Shown here piece after piece: positions 63,801-64,000 of a stretch of 64,000 nt of DNA. How positions within the stretch are numbered: the first letter of the stretch is position 1; each line of letters begins with the position of its first letter. A program made the translations under genes and the position numbers. The notes below the pieces were generated by a model. It saw nothing but the letters and a program-made list of their open reading frames with translations, had not been told where the DNA came from and made no database searches. Source of the stretch: Terracidiphilus sp. Lineage in GTDB: Bacteria > Acidobacteriota > Terriglobia > Terriglobales > Acidobacteriaceae. The stretch lies in contig JBEKXX010000001.1 in NCBI GenBank assembly GCA_049511595.1, forward strand, positions 676 to 64,675. Reading direction: 5' to 3'.

Positions 63801-64000
63801 TGCGTGGTGATCTGGCCGACGGCCACCGTGACGGTTGTGGAAGCCGCCGAGAACCCGGTTGCCGAGGCGGTGAGCGTATAGACGCCCGGCTGGAGCAGAG
63901 AAATGCGGTAGTCGCCGGTATTCGACGTCTTGACTGTGGCGACAGCGCCGGTTTCCCTGCTGGCCGCCTTTACCGTTGCACCCACAACGGCTGCTCCGCT
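60849..64000 (-). pseudogene. Oar-type TonB-dependent receptor, frameshifted near 62690, 5' end beyond the window
   Basis: N-part (CarboxypepD_reg domain, plug, SRSGTDKFHG) is in one frame up to GSWYS; the barrel part RNVTQYQIGDDFSY...RIVEFTGKILF* continues in another frame from 62687. Confidence 0.82.

Noticed and set aside
1-64000. tRNA or rRNA genes and prophage
   Set aside because: No cloverleaf with a T-loop, no rRNA signature and no phage structural genes were recognised by eye.

Overview
High-GC bacterial chromosomal window, most likely Acidobacteriaceae-like (inferred from hpnI, an Oar-type TonB receptor, many secreted CAZymes and the repeat style). It is mostly housekeeping and carbohydrate genes (bamD, rpe, xylB, pmbA, mtgA, sucB, lipB, rnpB, dut, hpnI, glyA, nadD, rsfS), with four intact type II toxin-antitoxin pairs and one antitoxin relic. 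Main points: (1) a two-gene operon between lipB and rnpB encodes a secreted 50-aa-repeat TPR protein and a TIR-transmembrane-Ig-like protein with a receptor-like layout; (2) an MNT-HEPN + low-GC DUF2971 islet is bounded by a 39-bp direct repeat of the rnpB promoter and 5' end; (3) several palindromic or REP-like and short tandem repeats sit in frame inside core genes (uvrC-like, sucB, lipB, hpnI, nadD); (4) tandem CRP boxes lie upstream of a usp-cNMP-Crp/Fnr cluster whose regulator combines FNR-like cysteines with a CRP-type recognition helix; (5) a TonB-dependent receptor is frameshifted at the right edge. No tRNA, rRNA, CRISPR array, integrase or transposase was recognised. All family calls come from motif recognition by eye; no database search was run.
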